Origin: Spirochaetia bacterium | GTDB taxonomy: Bacteria > Spirochaetota > Spirochaetia > SZUA-6 > Bin103 | Assembly (NCBI GenBank): GCA_965203515.1 | Contig: OZ241907.1 | Location: 2,336,001-2,400,000 of the forward strand | DNA length: 64,000 nt | Direction of reading: 5' to 3' | Part shown: positions 9,765 to 21,425 of the stretch, piece by piece | Numbering within the stretch: the first letter of the stretch is position 1 | How the letters are laid out: each line of letters begins with the position of its first letter | Notes under the pieces: model-generated | Database searches by the model: none | The model's input: the letters and a program-made list of their open reading frames with translations, nothing else | What the model was told of the DNA's origin: nothing | Made by a program: the position numbers and the translations under genes

Positions 9765-11081
9765 CTACAGGTTGCGGGCCCGTACGCGGCCCTTGCGGAC
9801 GATACCGTCGTGATGATGCATCTTCAGATGCCCCTCGATCTGACTCATCGTATCCAGGTCCACGCCGACCATGATCAGCAGCGACGTACCCCCCATCAGG
9901 AAGGCGACGCTGGAAGGAAAGTTGAAGAGCGCCTGAATGATCGACGGAATGATGGCGATCACCGCCAGGAACAGCGCCCCCGGCAGGATGATCCGGTTCA
10001 GTATCCTGGTCAGGTACTCGGTCATGTTGTCCGAGCTGATGCCGCGGATCGAGCCGCCGTTCTCGCGAATCTGCTTGCTGATCTCCACCGGATTCAGGGT
10101 GACCTGCGTGTAGAAGTAGGCGAAGAACACGATCAGCAACGCGTAGAACAGCATGTACGGCACGCCGTTCGGCGTCAGCCAGGCCGCGAACCGCGAAAGC
10201 CACGGCACGCCGCCGCCGAGATTCTGGGCGATCTGCAAGGGAAAGATCAGGACCGAGGAGGCGAAGATCACCGGGATGACCCCCGACGGATTGATCTTGA
10301 ACGGCAGATAGGCGTTTTGCGCTCCGTACACCCTGCGGCCGATCACCCGCCGGGCGTAGTTGACCGGAATCCGCCGCTGGCCCTGCTGCTCGTAGATCAC
10401 CAGCGAGATCACGCCGACGAACGCGCCGAGCACGAGGACGAAGAAGACGGGATTCAGGTTGCCGCGCTGCACCTGATTGATCATCACGTAGATCGCGTCC
10501 GGTATGCGCGCGACGATGCCGGCGAAGATCAGCAGAGATATCCCGTTGCCGATGCCGCGCTGGGTGATCTGCTCGCCGAGCCACATCAGAAAGATCGTGC
10601 CGGCGGTCACGGTCATCATCGCCAACAGCGTGTACGGGATACGGCCCATGGTGATCGCCCCGGGGATCTGGTTGGCGTACTCGCTGACGGCGAACGACTG
10701 GATCAGGCACACGCCGACCGTGGCTATGCGGGTGTAGCGCTGGATGCGCTTGCGGCCGCCGTCCTGCTCGGAGATCTTCTTCAACTTCGGAAACACCAGG
10801 ACCAGCAGCTGCATCATGATCGACGTGGTGATGTACGGCACGATCCCCAGCATGAACACGGAGAAGTTGGAGAACGCTCCGCCGGAGAAGAAGTCGAAGT
10901 AATCGGTGATGCCGATGCCGCCGGACTGCTGCGCGGCGTAGTAGTTCTGCAAGGCGTTGACGTTGATGCCGGGAATCGGCAACACCGCGCCGATCCGGAA
11001 TATCACCAGGATCGCCACCGTGAACAGGATACGGTCGCGGAGGTCGCGAATGCGAAAGATGTCGAGGAGCGGATTTGCCAT
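9765..11081 (-). CDS. secY: Preprotein translocase SecY
   Basis: [43 protein letters not shown]. Confidence 0.98.
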   Translation of the reverse strand: MANPLLDIFRIRDLRDRILFTVAILVIFRIGAVLPIPGINVNALQNYYAAQQSGGIGITDYFDFFSGGAFSNFSVFMLGIVPYITTSIMMQLLVLVFPKLKKISEQDGGRKRIQRYTRIATVGVCLIQSFAVSEYANQIPGAITMGRIPYTLLAMMTVTAGTIFLMWLGEQITQRGIGNGISLLIFAGIVARIPDAIYVMINQVQRGNLNPVFFVLVLGAFVGVISLVIYEQQGQRRIPVNYARRVIGRRVYGAQNAYLPFKINPSGVIPVIFASSVLIFPLQIAQNLGGGVPWLSRFAAWLTPNGVPYMLFYALLIVFFAYFYTQVTLNPVEISKQIRENGGSIRGISSDNMTEYLTRILNRIILPGALFLAVIAIIPSIIQALFNFPSSVAFLMGGTSLLIMVGVDLDTMSQIEGHLKMHHHDGIVRKGRVRARNL

Positions 11082-11590
11082 CAGCCCTGCTCGCCGTCCG
11101 CCGGCGCGTCCGCGGCCGGCCCGTCGTCGATCGCCTGAAACGAACCGCCGGCGGCCGCCACCTTCTGCCGGGCGCCGGCGGATGCGCGATCGAGTCGTAC
11201 GGTCAACGCCCGTTCCAGGCTCCCGGAGCCGAGCAGCTTCACCGGCACCCCGGCCGACCTGATCACGCCGGCGTCGAGGAGCGCCTGCCGGTCGACGGTA
11301 GCGCCGTCCGCAAAGCGATTGAGGGCGCGCACGTCGAGCGTCTGGTACACCGTGCGGAACGGATGATTGCTGAAGCCGCGGCGCGCGATCCGCCGGTACA
11401 ACGGCATCTGACCGCCTTCGAAGGCGGGACGAACGCCGCTCCCCGCGCGCGCCCGCTGGCCCTTGGTGCCGCGGCCGGAGGTACCGCCGCGCCTGCCGGA
11501 CGCGCCGCGGCCTACGACCCGCCGCTTGCGCGCGGCGCCGGCCGGGCGGCGTATGCGCGGCGCGCCGGCGCCACCGTCTGCGTCGCTCAT
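11081..11590 (-). CDS. rplO: 50S ribosomal protein L15
   Basis: [21 protein letters not shown]. Confidence 0.95.
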   Translation of the reverse strand: MSDADGGAGAPRIRRPAGAARKRRVVGRGASGRRGGTSGRGTKGQRARAGSGVRPAFEGGQMPLYRRIARRGFSNHPFRTVYQTLDVRALNRFADGATVDRQALLDAGVIRSAGVPVKLLGSGSLERALTVRLDRASAGARQKVAAAGGSFQAIDDGPAADAPADGEQG

Positions 11591-11802
11591 GACAGCTGCT
11601 CGATGGTCAGGAGGTAGCGCACCTGGCGGATCATGCCGACGACCGGCGCCGAGGCGGTATGCTCGACGGACGAACCGATGCCGCGCAGGCCAAGCGCCGC
11701 CACCGTCGCCCGGTGCCGGGGTTTGCGCCCGATGACGCTTCGGGCAAGCGTCACGCGCACGCGCGCGCCGTCCGGCAGCCGCAGCGGGCCGTCGGCGTCC
11801 AT
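11587..11802 (-). CDS. rpmD: 50S ribosomal protein L30
   Basis: VTLARSVIGRKPRHRATVAALGLR; position between rpsE and rplO. Start uncertain. Confidence 0.92.
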   Translation of the reverse strand: MDADGPLRLPDGARVRVTLARSVIGRKPRHRATVAALGLRGIGSSVEHTASAPVVGMIRQVRYLLTIEQLS

Positions 11803-11810
11803 GGCAGCCA

Positions 11811-12317
11811 CTAGCGCCACAGCTCCGCCACGGTCTTTCCACGACGGGCCGCCACCTCGGACGCCTCCATGATCTGATCCAGTCCCTGAAACACCGCCTT
11901 CACCACATTCATCGAGTTCTGCGATCCCAGCGACTTGCTGAGCGCGTCGCGCACGCCGGCCGCCTCCAGCACGGCCCGCACAGGACCGCCGGCGATCACC
12001 CCGGTGCCGGGAGCCGCCGGCTTCAGCAGTACCTTCGCACCCTTGAACGCGCCGTTGACCTGGTGCGGCAGCGTGCCGGCCCGCATCGGTACCTTCACCA
12101 TGTTGCGGTACGCCCGTTCCGCGCCCTTGCGGATCGCGTCGGCGACGTACGCCGCCTTGCCGAAACCATAGCCGACGTGGCCGTTGCGGTCACCGACCAC
12201 CATCACCGCAGAAAACGAGAATCTGCGGCCACCCTTGACTACCTTGGCGATACGATTGAGCCGAACGAGTTTCTCGAAGTCACCTCGATCGCCGCGTTCC
12301 CGGTCTCTGTCGCTCAC
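11811..12317 (-). CDS. rpsE: 30S ribosomal protein S5
   Basis: [25 protein letters not shown]. Confidence 0.97.
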   Translation of the reverse strand: MSDRDRERGDRGDFEKLVRLNRIAKVVKGGRRFSFSAVMVVGDRNGHVGYGFGKAAYVADAIRKGAERAYRNMVKVPMRAGTLPHQVNGAFKGAKVLLKPAAPGTGVIAGGPVRAVLEAAGVRDALSKSLGSQNSMNVVKAVFQGLDQIMEASEVAARRGKTVAELWR

Positions 12318-12335
12318 CTCTGCTCCCTCGAAACC

Positions 12336-12689
12336 TTACAGGACGATGCCGGACTTGCGCGCGCCGTCCGCTATCGCCTTGACCTTGCCATGATACGGGT
12401 AGCCGTTGCGGTCGAACACGACCCGATCTACCCCGGCGGCGCGCAACCGTTCTCCCGCCAGCTCACCGAGACGGCCCAGGTCACTCGCCCGGTTGGGTAC
12501 GTCGACCGCGGGCTCGCGATTCGAGACCGCCGCCACGGTGCGCCCGTCGTCGTCGTCGATCACCTGCACGTACGTGTACCGATTGCTCTTGAACACCGTC
12601 ATTCGCGGCCGCGACGCGGTGCCGTGCACCTTGCCGCGGATGCTCCGCTTGCGGCGGAGACGGCGCGCGATCTTGGCCAGCGCCCCCAT
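12336..12689 (-). CDS. rplR: 50S ribosomal protein L18
   Basis: RPRMTVFKSN; VFDRNGYPYHGKVKA. Confidence 0.97.
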   Translation of the reverse strand: MGALAKIARRLRRKRSIRGKVHGTASRPRMTVFKSNRYTYVQVIDDDDGRTVAAVSNREPAVDVPNRASDLGRLGELAGERLRAAGVDRVVFDRNGYPYHGKVKAIADGARKSGIVL

Positions 12690-13237
12690 CAGTTGCCACC
12701 TCCCACGGCGGACTTGCCTACCTTGCGCCGCACGTGCTCATCGGCGTAGCGGATGCCCTTGCCCTTGTATGGTTCCGGGGACCGCACCGATCGCACGTCC
12801 GCGGCGAACTGTCCGACGCTCTGCTTGTCGATCCCGGAGATGCGGATGCGGTTGCCGCCATCCACCTGGACCGTGAGGTCCGCCGGTATCCGCATCCGCA
12901 CCGGTTTGGAATAGCGCGCGTCGACGACCAGGGTCGCGTCCTGAACCTCGGCGCGGTACCCGACGCCGCTGATCAACAGCTCGCGCGTGAATCCAACCGA
13001 AACCCCGGTGATCATATTGGCGATCAGGTTGCGGGTCAGTCCGTGCATCGCGCGCGATGCACGTTCGTCGTCGGTGCGGCTGACGGCGACCGCTCCGGCT
13101 GCGACCTCGACCCGGACGGCGGCGGCCAACGGCGTGCTCAGCGTTCCCTTGGGGCCGGCTACCTCCACCTGGCTGCCGCGAATCGCCACGTCGACTCCAG
13201 CCGGCACCGGTATCGGCAGCACCCCGATTCGTGACAT
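12689..13237 (-). CDS. rplF: 50S ribosomal protein L6
   Basis: MSRIG; PEPYKGKGIRY. Confidence 0.97.
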   Translation of the reverse strand: MSRIGVLPIPVPAGVDVAIRGSQVEVAGPKGTLSTPLAAAVRVEVAAGAVAVSRTDDERASRAMHGLTRNLIANMITGVSVGFTRELLISGVGYRAEVQDATLVVDARYSKPVRMRIPADLTVQVDGGNRIRISGIDKQSVGQFAADVRSVRSPEPYKGKGIRYADEHVRRKVGKSAVGGGN

Positions 13238-13241
13238 CCGC

Positions 13242-13640
13242 CTACCACACGCAGCAGATCAACTCGCCGCCGATCTGCTGCTGAGCCGCCTTGCGGCCGG
13301 TGATCACGCCGGCCGAGGTCGACACGATCAAGGTCCCGTAGCCGTTCAGGACACGCGGCATGGCGCGATAGCTCCGGTATACGCGACGGCCCGGCTTGGA
13401 AATCCGCTCCAGGCCCCGGATCACCGGCCTGCGCTCCTGGTCGTACTTGAGAAACAATCGCACCGGTCCCTGTCCGTCCTGGCCCACGCGCTTGAAATTA
13501 CGCACATAGCCCTCGGTCTTCAACGTCTTGATGATCTCCAGCTTGAACTTCGACGGCACGATGTCCACGCTCTCATGGCCGGCCATGCCGGCGTTGCGGA
13601 TCTTGGTCATCATGTCCGCTACCGGATCCGTCACACTCAT
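13242..13640 (-). CDS. rpsH: 30S ribosomal protein S8
   Basis: [31 protein letters not shown]. Confidence 0.97.
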   Translation of the reverse strand: MSVTDPVADMMTKIRNAGMAGHESVDIVPSKFKLEIIKTLKTEGYVRNFKRVGQDGQGPVRLFLKYDQERRPVIRGLERISKPGRRVYRSYRAMPRVLNGYGTLIVSTSAGVITGRKAAQQQIGGELICCVW

Positions 13641-13644
13641 ATGC

Positions 13645-13830
13645 TCACCAGCTCGACTTGGTCACGCCGGGTATCAGCCCCCGGCTGGCGAGGTCCCGGA
13701 AGCATATCCGGCAGAGCTCGAAGCGACGCAGGTACCCGCGCGGCCGCCCGCAACAGCGGCACCGGTTGACCTTGCGCGTCGAATACTTGGGTTTGCGCTG
13801 CGAGCGCACGATCAGGGCTTTGCGTGCCAC
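13645..13830 (-). CDS. rpsN: 30S ribosomal protein S14 (short Zn-binding type)
   Basis: 61 aa; [25 protein letters not shown]. Confidence 0.96.
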   Translation of the reverse strand: MARKALIVRSQRKPKYSTRKVNRCRCCGRPRGYLRRFELCRICFRDLASRGLIPGVTKSSW

Positions 13831-13879
13831 CTACACCTCCATCGTCCGGGCCGCCGCCGTCATCACCATCTCCCGCCCG

Positions 13880-14470
13880 TCATTCGCTGCGAAACGGCAT
13901 TCCCAGCGCGCCCAGCAGGCTCCGGCCCTCCCGGTCGGTGCCTGCCGACGTCACGATGGTGACGTTGAGTCCGTGGATCGAATCGATCCGATCGTAATCG
14001 ATCTCCGAGAAGATGATCTGCTCGTCGACGCCGACCGAGTAGTTGCCCCTGCCGTCGAACGAGTTGGGGGACAATCCGCGAAAGTCCTTGATACGGGGCA
14101 CCGCCACGTTCACGAAGCGGTCGAAGAACTCCAGCATGCGGTCGCCGCGCAGCGTCACCATCGCGCCGATCTCCATGCCGGCTCGGATCTTGAAGGCGGC
14201 GATCGAGCGCCGCGCCCGCGTGGTCACCGCCCGCTGGCCGGCGATCAGCGTCAGCTCGTCGACCGCAGTATCGAGGAGCTGCCGGTTGCCGGGCGCGTCT
14301 CCAACCCCCATGCTGAGCAGTATCTTGGTGAGACCGGGCACCTGCATGACGCTCTCGTAGCCGAACTCCTCGACCAACGCGGGTACGACCGTGTCCCGGT
14401 ACAGCGCGCGCAGGCGCGGCGCGTAGCCCGGGTCGGCGCCGTTGCCCGTACCGCCGGCGGCCTTGCTCAT
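13880..14470 (-). CDS. rplE: 50S ribosomal protein L5
   Basis: [27 protein letters not shown]. Confidence 0.97.
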   Translation of the reverse strand: MSKAAGGTGNGADPGYAPRLRALYRDTVVPALVEEFGYESVMQVPGLTKILLSMGVGDAPGNRQLLDTAVDELTLIAGQRAVTTRARRSIAAFKIRAGMEIGAMVTLRGDRMLEFFDRFVNVAVPRIKDFRGLSPNSFDGRGNYSVGVDEQIIFSEIDYDRIDSIHGLNVTIVTSAGTDREGRSLLGALGMPFRSE

Positions 14471-14472
14471 GC

Positions 14473-14814
14473 TCACAGCTCCTGGCCGGTGCGCGCAGCG
14501 ATACGGCGCTTGTTGCCGTCAGCGGCCACGTCATAGCGAATCCTCGAGCGCCCTTCCGGCGTGCTCAGCATCACGTTCGACAGGTGGATCGGCGCCTCGA
14601 TCTCGCTGATCCCTCCCTGCTGGCGCTGTTGGGTGGGCCGGATCGCCTTCTTCGCCAGATTGAGTCCTTCCACGACCACCCACTGCTGGTCGACGTCGAT
14701 GCGCAGCACGCGGCCGGTCTTGCCGCGCTCCTTGCCGGCTATGACCACCACCTGATCGTCGCGGCGCAACCGTACCCGCCTCTGCGCGATTCCGGCTCGG
14801 CCCTTTGCGGCCAT
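14473..14814 (-). CDS. rplX: 50S ribosomal protein L24
   Basis: KOW motif [20 protein letters not shown]. Confidence 0.96.
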   Translation of the reverse strand: MAAKGRAGIAQRRVRLRRDDQVVVIAGKERGKTGRVLRIDVDQQWVVVEGLNLAKKAIRPTQQRQQGGISEIEAPIHLSNVMLSTPEGRSRIRYDVAADGNKRRIAARTGQEL

Positions 14815-14816
14815 CG

Positions 14817-15185
14817 CTACAGCACCTCCGGGGCGAGGGAGACGATCTTCATGTAATCGCGATCGCGCAGCTCCCGCGCCACCGGTCCGAAGATGCGCTT
14901 GCCGGACGGATTGCCGGCATCATCGATCAGAACGCAGGCGTTGTCGTCGAATCGAATGTAGCTGCCGTCCACGCGGCGCGTCTCCTTGCGCGTTCGCACG
15001 ATCACCGCCTGAGCGACCGTCCCCTTGCGGACCGCCGCGGAGGGTACCGCGGTCTTGACCGCGACGACGATCCGATCGCCGACGCCGGCGCTCACGTGAC
15101 GGGTGCCGCCGAGCACCTTGATGCACTGCACGCGCTTGGCGCCGCTGTTGTCGGCGACGTTGAGATAGCTCATGGCCTGTACCAT
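14817..15185 (-). CDS. rplN: 50S ribosomal protein L14
   Basis: [25 protein letters not shown]. Confidence 0.97.
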   Translation of the reverse strand: MVQAMSYLNVADNSGAKRVQCIKVLGGTRHVSAGVGDRIVVAVKTAVPSAAVRKGTVAQAVIVRTRKETRRVDGSYIRFDDNACVLIDDAGNPSGKRIFGPVARELRDRDYMKIVSLAPEVL

Positions 15186-15442
15186 CAACCGCTCCGTTCC
15201 ACTATTTCGAGCAGCCGCCACCGTTTGTCGCGGCTCAGCGGCCGCGACTCCACCACCCGGACACGGTCGCCGACACGGCACTCGTTGCCGCCGTCATGCG
15301 CCTTCACGCGCTTCGACCTGCGGATGTACTTCTCGTACATCGGATGCCGCTTCTGCGAGCTGATCAGCACGACGATGGTCTTGTCCATGCGGTCGGAAAC
15401 GACCGTGCCGGCCAGCACCCGGAGACGTCCCGTGCCGCTCAT
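15185..15442 (-). CDS. rpsQ: 30S ribosomal protein S17
   Basis: [22 protein letters not shown]. Confidence 0.97.
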   Translation of the reverse strand: MSGTGRLRVLAGTVVSDRMDKTIVVLISSQKRHPMYEKYIRRSKRVKAHDGGNECRVGDRVRVVESRPLSRDKRWRLLEIVERSG

Positions 15443-15639
15443 CGTTGCCGGATGCCCAAGTCGTATTCGTGCACGATCGTCTTGGCCCGCGCCAGCCGGC
15501 GCCGCAGCACGCGGACGCTGACCGGGTTGTCCAGGTGACCGACCACCGCGTCGAACCGCGCCTTGCGATATGCCGCCACCAGCTCGTCATGCTTCAGGAG
15601 CAGCTCCGGGTAGGCCAGTTCGCCATATCGTTCTTTCAC
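15439..15639 (-). CDS. rpmC: 50S ribosomal protein L29
   Basis: 66 aa from [24 protein letters not shown]; position in the operon. Confidence 0.92.
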   Translation of the reverse strand: MKERYGELAYPELLLKHDELVAAYRKARFDAVVGHLDNPVSVRVLRRRLARAKTIVHEYDLGIRQR

Positions 15640-16067
15640 GACTGCACCCCCAACAGACCGCCGCGGGCGCAGATCGTGGTCTTGATCGGCAGCTTGCTGC
15701 CGGCCAGGGTGAGCGCCTCCCGCGCCAGTCCGTCTTCCACGCCGGCCAACTCGAACATCACCGTACCGCGGCGCACGGGCGCGACGTGGTATTCGACGTT
15801 GCCCTTGCCCTTTCCCATACGGGTCTCGGCCGGCTTCTTGGTGTACGGCATATGCGGAAATATCCTGATCCACACCTTGCCGCCGCGCTTCACGTGGCGC
15901 GTCATCGCCACGCGGGCGGCTTCGATCTGCCGATTGGTGATCCACTTGTGTTCCAGGGAGACCAGCCCGAAATCGCCGAACGCCAAGTCCTGCTGGCGTT
16001 CGCCGCCGCGCCGCAGCGGTCCGCCGCGCTGGCGCTTGCGAAACTTCTCCCGCTTCGGAGCAAGCAT
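15636..16067 (-). CDS. rplP: 50S ribosomal protein L16
   Basis: [27 protein letters not shown]. Confidence 0.97.
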   Translation of the reverse strand: MLAPKREKFRKRQRGGPLRRGGERQQDLAFGDFGLVSLEHKWITNRQIEAARVAMTRHVKRGGKVWIRIFPHMPYTKKPAETRMGKGKGNVEYHVAPVRRGTVMFELAGVEDGLAREALTLAGSKLPIKTTICARGGLLGVQS

Positions 16068-16070
16068 CGT

Positions 16071-16769
16071 TCAGGCCGCCTCCTCGCGGCTGCGCTGCCG
16101 CTTCAGCAGCAGACCCGCGTCATCCTTCTTGTCGCGGCCGAACACCTCGCCGTGAAAGACCCACACCTTGATGCCCAGCGAGCCGACCGCAGTGACCGCC
16201 ACGGCAAAGCCGTACTCGATATCGGCGCGAAAGGTATGGAGCGGAATGCGGCCCTCCTTGTACTGCTGGACGCGCGACATCTCCGCGCCGTTGAGGCGCC
16301 CGCCGGCGCGGATCTTGATGCCCTGCACGCCGGCCCGCATCGCGTTGTTGATCGCCATCTTCATGGCCCGCCGGAACGAAATGCGGCCGCGGAGCTGGCG
16401 CGCGATGTTCATGGCGATCAACTGCGCGTTGGTCTCCGGCCGCGGTATCTCCTTGATCTTGATCTGGATCTTCTTGCCGACCTGGCGCTGCAGCTTGGCG
16501 CCCAGCCGCTCGATGTTCTGACCCTTGGCGCCGATCACCACGCCGGGACGACCGGTGTGGATGATGAGAGCGATGCGCTGCGGATGCCGGATGATCTCCA
16601 CCTGAGCGATGTCGGCGCCGCGCGTCTCCGGCGCCGAGTCGATCGTCTTGCGCAGCGCCAAGTCCTCGTGCAGCGTCGCCGCGTATTCGCGCGGGTCGAC
16701 GTACCACTTGCTGCGCCACGACTGATTGATCCCCATGCGCAGCCCGGTCGGGTTGACCTTCTGTCCCAT
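16071..16769 (-). CDS. rpsC: 30S ribosomal protein S3
   Basis: MGQKVNPTGLR; GRIPLHTFRADI. Confidence 0.97.
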   Translation of the reverse strand: MGQKVNPTGLRMGINQSWRSKWYVDPREYAATLHEDLALRKTIDSAPETRGADIAQVEIIRHPQRIALIIHTGRPGVVIGAKGQNIERLGAKLQRQVGKKIQIKIKEIPRPETNAQLIAMNIARQLRGRISFRRAMKMAINNAMRAGVQGIKIRAGGRLNGAEMSRVQQYKEGRIPLHTFRADIEYGFAVAVTAVGSLGIKVWVFHGEVFGRDKKDDAGLLLKRQRSREEAA

Positions 16770-16771
16770 GC

Positions 16772-17128
16772 TTAGTTCATCTCCTCCACCGCGACCGAGA
16801 TATGACAGAGCCGGCCCACCAGGCGATCGGCTCTGCCGCGCCCGCGCACCCAGACGCGGTGCTTCAATCGCGGACCGTCGAACACCTGCAGCTCGCGCAC
16901 GTACAGCATCTCCTCATCGAGGTTTTCGTTGTGAGACAGCGCGTTGTCGCCGGCCGACTTGATCGTCTTGCGCAGCAGCGCTGCGCCCTTGTGCGGCATC
17001 GTCTCCAGCAATGCCAGCGCCTCCGCATACGGCTGGCGGCGAACCAGATCGGCGATCGGACGTATCTTGCCGGGCGAGATGCGCAGGAACCGGCTGTGCG
17101 CGGTGTAGCCGCGCTTTCCGCGGACCAT
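16772..17128 (-). CDS. rplV: 50S ribosomal protein L22
   Basis: RISPGKIRPIADLVR; RGRGRA..CHI. Confidence 0.95.
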   Translation of the reverse strand: MVRGKRGYTAHSRFLRISPGKIRPIADLVRRQPYAEALALLETMPHKGAALLRKTIKSAGDNALSHNENLDEEMLYVRELQVFDGPRLKHRVWVRGRGRADRLVGRLCHISVAVEEMN

Positions 17129-17409
17129 CAGCGCCGCACCGCCTTGCGATCCGATCCGGCGTGCCCGCGAAACATGCGGGTCGGGGCGAACTCGCCGAGT
17201 TTGTGCCCCACCAGGTTCTCCGTGACGTAGACCGGAATCCAGTTCTTGCCGTTGTACACCGAGATGGTCATGCCGACCATCTGCGGAATGATGGTCGAGC
17301 ACCGCGAATAGGTCTTCACCATCTGCTTGCCGGACGACTTGGACGCCTCGATCACCCGCTTGAACAGGTCGGGCGACACGAACGGCCCTTTCTTGATCGA
17401 TCGCGACAT
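17128..17409 (-). CDS. rpsS: 30S ribosomal protein S19
   Basis: [22 protein letters not shown]. Confidence 0.97.
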   Translation of the reverse strand: MSRSIKKGPFVSPDLFKRVIEASKSSGKQMVKTYSRCSTIIPQMVGMTISVYNGKNWIPVYVTENLVGHKLGEFAPTRMFRGHAGSDRKAVRR

Positions 17410-17463
17410 ACCTTACCTCGTCACCATGTCATCACGCCCCTGCGCCGTCACGTCCGCGCGCCA

Positions 17464-18282
17464 TCAACGTTTGCCGACGATGAAGTCGCCCGATCGCTTG
17501 CGTTTGTTGCGCGTCTTCATACCCTTCGTCAGCTTGCCCCAGGGCGATACCGGATGGCGTCCGCCGGTAGCCTTGCCTTCACCGCCGCCGTGCGGGTGGT
17601 CGACCGGGTTCATGGCCACGCCGCGGACCTTGGGCCGCCGGCCCATCCAACGGGCCCGGCCCGCCTTGCCGAGCGACACGTTCATGTGATCCGGATTGCC
17701 GATCTCCCCGATGGAGGCCATACAGCGGACGTGGACGAGGCGCGTCTCCCCGGACGGAAGCCGTACGGTCGCGTACTCACCCTCGCGAGCGACCAGCGTA
17801 GCGCTGTTGCCGGCGGCGCGCACCAATTGACCGCCGCGCCCCGGCGTCAACTCCACGTTATGGACGGCGATGCCGAGCGGCAGTTCGCCGAGCGGCAAGG
17901 CGTTCCCGATCTCGATCGGCGAGCCGGGGCCGCTCTGCACCGTGGCGCCGACTCGCAGGCCGCGCGGCGCCAACAGGTAGCGCTTGTCCCCGTCGGCGAA
18001 CACCACCATCGCCAAGTCGGCGCTGCGGTTGGGATCGTACTGGATCGAATCGACCCGGCCGGGGACGCCGTGGTTGTCCCGCTTGAAGTCGACCACGCGA
18101 TACCGGCGCTTGTGGCGCCCTCCCTTGCGGCGAACGCTGATGCGCCCCTTGGAGCGTCCCGCCCGATACGGCCGTGCTTCGGTGAGGCGCTTCTCCGGCG
18201 CCTCGTCGCTCAGCTCGGAGAAATCGCGGACGGTCGTATAGCGCGATGACGGCGTGGTCGGCTTGCGCGTGCGGACCGGCAT
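17464..18282 (-). CDS. rplB: 50S ribosomal protein L2
   Basis: YDPNRSA; RGVAMNPVDHPHGGGEG. Confidence 0.97.
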   Translation of the reverse strand: MPVRTRKPTTPSSRYTTVRDFSELSDEAPEKRLTEARPYRAGRSKGRISVRRKGGRHKRRYRVVDFKRDNHGVPGRVDSIQYDPNRSADLAMVVFADGDKRYLLAPRGLRVGATVQSGPGSPIEIGNALPLGELPLGIAVHNVELTPGRGGQLVRAAGNSATLVAREGEYATVRLPSGETRLVHVRCMASIGEIGNPDHMNVSLGKAGRARWMGRRPKVRGVAMNPVDHPHGGGEGKATGGRHPVSPWGKLTKGMKTRNKRKRSGDFIVGKR

Positions 18283-18563
18283 CAGACGCCCTCGAAGATT
18301 TCGATGCTCTGGTCGCCCGGCAGGGTCACGATCGCCTTCTTCCACGCGGCCGTGTACCCGCGCCGATAGCGGACGCGCTTCGGCTTGCGGGGGACGTTGA
18401 CGATATTGCAGCTCACCGGCTTGACCTTGAAGAGCCGCCGCACCTCGGCGAGCACCTGATGCTTGGACGCTCGCGGGTCGACGCGGAAGCTGTACTTGTG
18501 CGACGCGCGCAGGGCGTTCGACTTCTCGGTCACCAACGGTTCCAGAATGATCTCACCGGTCAT
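18282..18563 (-). CDS. rplW: 50S ribosomal protein L23
   Basis: PLVTEKS; WKKAIVTL. Confidence 0.96.
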   Translation of the reverse strand: MTGEIILEPLVTEKSNALRASHKYSFRVDPRASKHQVLAEVRRLFKVKPVSCNIVNVPRKPKRVRYRRGYTAAWKKAIVTLPGDQSIEIFEGV

Positions 18564-19200
18564 CACCGCCTCCTCGATCTCCGCCGTAGCCAGCGTTCAA
18601 CCGGTCCACCGCCTCGCGCTGCAGCAGCACCCGGTCCCCGTACAGAAGCTCGTGAACCTGGAGCTGCCGGCTGGAGAGTATACGCAGCGAAGGCAGGTTG
18701 CGTCCGGCGCGCCTGGTCGCCGGGTCGTCGGAGGCCAGCACCAGCACCGTCTTGAGCCCCGGCGACAGGGCATGCAAGACAGCGGCCAGCTCGCGCGTGC
18801 GGCCCGACGGGGACTGCACGCCGTCGACGACCATGAGCTGGTCGCCGCGGCGCTTCGCGGTGAGCACCGAGCGGATCGCCAGCCGTTTCACCTTGCGCGG
18901 TATCCGATAGCGGTAGTCGCGCGGCTGCGGTCCGAACGTTATGCCGCCGCCAACCCGCAACGGTGAGCGCCACGACCCCGCGCGAGCGCGGCCGGTGCCC
19001 TTCTGCCGGTACGGTTTGCGGCCGCCGCCGCGTACCTGGCCCCGTCTCTTGGTCGCGGCCGTACCGGTGCGCCGGTTGGCCAGCTCGTTGCGCAGCGCTT
19101 CGTAGACGGCGCCGTCGCTCACCTCGATATCGAACACGCGATCGTCCAGCTCGATTTCTCCGGACTGGCTGCCGTCCGCGCCGATCACCGGGACCTTCAT
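18553..19200 (-). CDS. rplD: 50S ribosomal protein L4
   Basis: [26 protein letters not shown]. Confidence 0.97.
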   Translation of the reverse strand: MKVPVIGADGSQSGEIELDDRVFDIEVSDGAVYEALRNELANRRTGTAATKRRGQVRGGGRKPYRQKGTGRARAGSWRSPLRVGGGITFGPQPRDYRYRIPRKVKRLAIRSVLTAKRRGDQLMVVDGVQSPSGRTRELAAVLHALSPGLKTVLVLASDDPATRRAGRNLPSLRILSSRQLQVHELLYGDRVLLQREAVDRLNAGYGGDRGGGDDR

Positions 19201-19850
19201 GCCGCACCGCCGGTACCGTCGCCGCCGGCCGGCTTCTTCTTCGCGCTCGTCACCACCACGTGCCCGCCCCGGCGCCCCGGAATCGGACCGGCGATCATCA
19301 GCAACTGCCGTTCCGGGTCGACGCGGAGCAACTCGAGGTTCTGCACCGTAGCCCGGCGTCCGCCCATGCGGCCGGCCATACGCGTGCCCTTCAGCACCCG
19401 CGAGGGCCACGCGGACTGTCCCGTCGATCCGCCGGAGCGATGGAACTTGGAGCCGTGCGTCGCGCGCCCGCCCCGGAAGCCATGCCGCTTGATCACACCC
19501 TGGTACCCCTTGCCGAGCGACACTCCCCGCACGTCCACGAAGCGCCGGCCGGCGAAGATCGTCAGATCGAGCTGCTGCCCTACCTCAAACTCCCCGTCGA
19601 AGTCGCGCAGCTCCATGATACGGCGCGTGGGGTCGATGCCGTCCGGAAACTGACCGGCATACGGCTTGGTCAACCGCCGCTTGCGCGCCTTCCCCCAGCC
19701 AAGAACCACGGCGTCATACCCGTCGCCGTCGGCAACGCGGGTGCCGATCACGACGTTGGGCTCGACCCGCACGAGCGTGACCGGGCGCACCTCGCCCGCA
19801 TCGTCGAATACCTGCGTCATGCCGATCTTGACGCCGACCACCGCGACCAC
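19197..19850 (-). CDS. rplC: 50S ribosomal protein L3
   Basis: [25 protein letters not shown]. Confidence 0.97.
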   Translation of the reverse strand: MVAVVGVKIGMTQVFDDAGEVRPVTLVRVEPNVVIGTRVADGDGYDAVVLGWGKARKRRLTKPYAGQFPDGIDPTRRIMELRDFDGEFEVGQQLDLTIFAGRRFVDVRGVSLGKGYQGVIKRHGFRGGRATHGSKFHRSGGSTGQSAWPSRVLKGTRMAGRMGGRRATVQNLELLRVDPERQLLMIAGPIPGRRGGHVVVTSAKKKPAGGDGTGGAA

Positions 19851-19862
19851 GCCGCACGTCCC

Positions 19863-20174
19863 CTACTGCCTGATCTCGACGTCGACGCCGGCCGGCAGCT
19901 CGAGTTTCATCAGCGCATCCATCACGGCGCTGCTCGGCTCCAGGATGTCGATGAGCCGCTTGTGCGTCCGCATCTCGAACTGTTCGCGCGACTTCTTGTA
20001 CACGTGCGGGGATCTCAGCACGGTGAACTTGTTGATCCGGGTCGGCAGCGGGATGGGACCCGCGACCCGCGAACCCGCCTTCTGTACGGTCTGCACGATA
20101 GCGCGCGAGCTCTGGTCGACGAGCTCGATGTCGAACCCTCGCAGCCGTACCCGGATCCGTTCCGTAGCCATCAT
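19863..20174 (-). CDS. rpsJ: 30S ribosomal protein S10
   Basis: [23 protein letters not shown]. Confidence 0.97.
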   Translation of the reverse strand: MMATERIRVRLRGFDIELVDQSSRAIVQTVQKAGSRVAGPIPLPTRINKFTVLRSPHVYKKSREQFEMRTHKRLIDILEPSSAVMDALMKLELPAGVDVEIRQ

Positions 20175-20205
20175 CCGGTAACCTGAGTCCCGCCGCCTTC
20201 AAGCC

Positions 20206-21396
20206 TCAGTCGAGGATGTCCGTCACCGCGCCGGCGCCGACGGTGCGCCCGCCTTCACGGATGGCGAAGCGCAGCCCGCGCTGCACGGCGATCGTGTTGA
20301 TCAGATCGATGCTGAGCTCGGTGCTGTCACCGGGCATGACCATCTCCTTGCCCTCCGGGAGGGTGACGGTGCCGGTGATGTCGGTGGTCCTGAAGTAGAA
20401 CTGCGGCCGATAGCCGGCGAAGAACGGCGAATGGCGGCCGCCTTCCTCCTTGGTGAGGGCGTACACCTGCGCCTTGACCTTCCGGTGCGGCGTGATGGAG
20501 CCGGGCTTGGCCAGCACCTGGCCGCGCTCGACATCACTGCGCTCCACGCCGCGCAGCAACGCGCCGATGTTGTCGCCGGCCTGCCCTTCGTCGAGCAGCT
20601 TGTTGAACATCTCGACGCCGGTCACCACCGTCTTTTCGGTGTCCCGGATGCCGACGACTTCCACCGTCTCGCCCACCTTGATGCGGCCGCTCTCCACACG
20701 GCCGGTAACGACCGTGCCGCGGCCGGCGATCGAGAAGACATCCTCGATCGGCATCAGGAAGTCCTGATCGACGTCACGCTCCGGCAGCGGGAAGTAGGAG
20801 TCCATGGCTGCGAGCAGCTCCTCGATCGGCTGGTTCGCCTCCGCATCGTCCGGATTCTCCATTGCCGCCAGGGCCGATCCCTTGATGATCGGCGTCTCTT
20901 CGCCGGGGAACTCATACTGGTTGAGCACGTCCTTGATCTCTTCCTCCACCAGCTCCAGGAGCTCCTCGTCATCGACCTGGTCGACCTTGTTGAGAAACAC
21001 GATGATCGACGGAACCTCCACTTGACGAGCCAGCAGGATGTGCTCGCGCGTCTGCGGCATGACCGAGTCCGGCGCCGACACGACCAGCACGGCGCCGTCC
21101 ATCTGCGCTGCGCCGGTAATCATGTTCTTGATGTAGTCGGCGTGACCCGGACAGTCGACGTGCGCGTAATGCCGGTCTTCGCTCTGATACTCGACGTGCC
21201 TGGTGTTGATCGTGATGCCTCGCGCCTTCTCTTCGGGCGCGTTGTCGATCTGGTCGTAGGTCATCACCTTGTCGCCGTACTTCTTGGCGCAGTACTGCGT
21301 GATCGCCGCGGTCAGCGTCGTCTTCCCGTGGTCGACGTGGCCGATCGTTCCGACGTTCATGTGCGGCTTGGTGCGATCGAATTTCTCCTTTGCCAT
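20206..21396 (-). CDS. tuf: Elongation factor Tu
   Basis: [46 protein letters not shown]. Confidence 0.99.
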   Translation of the reverse strand: MAKEKFDRTKPHMNVGTIGHVDHGKTTLTAAITQYCAKKYGDKVMTYDQIDNAPEEKARGITINTRHVEYQSEDRHYAHVDCPGHADYIKNMITGAAQMDGAVLVVSAPDSVMPQTREHILLARQVEVPSIIVFLNKVDQVDDEELLELVEEEIKDVLNQYEFPGEETPIIKGSALAAMENPDDAEANQPIEELLAAMDSYFPLPERDVDQDFLMPIEDVFSIAGRGTVVTGRVESGRIKVGETVEVVGIRDTEKTVVTGVEMFNKLLDEGQAGDNIGALLRGVERSDVERGQVLAKPGSITPHRKVKAQVYALTKEEGGRHSPFFAGYRPQFYFRTTDITGTVTLPEGKEMVMPGDSTELSIDLINTIAVQRGLRFAIREGGRTVGAGAVTDILD

Positions 21397-21425
21397 TCCC
21401 TTCTTGTCTCCTTGCCCGGCGCTCC

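Noticed and set aside
17410..17463. Open in-frame stretch after the rplB TGA (possible readthrough)
   Set aside because: L2 is already essentially full length, and the extension resembles nothing conserved.
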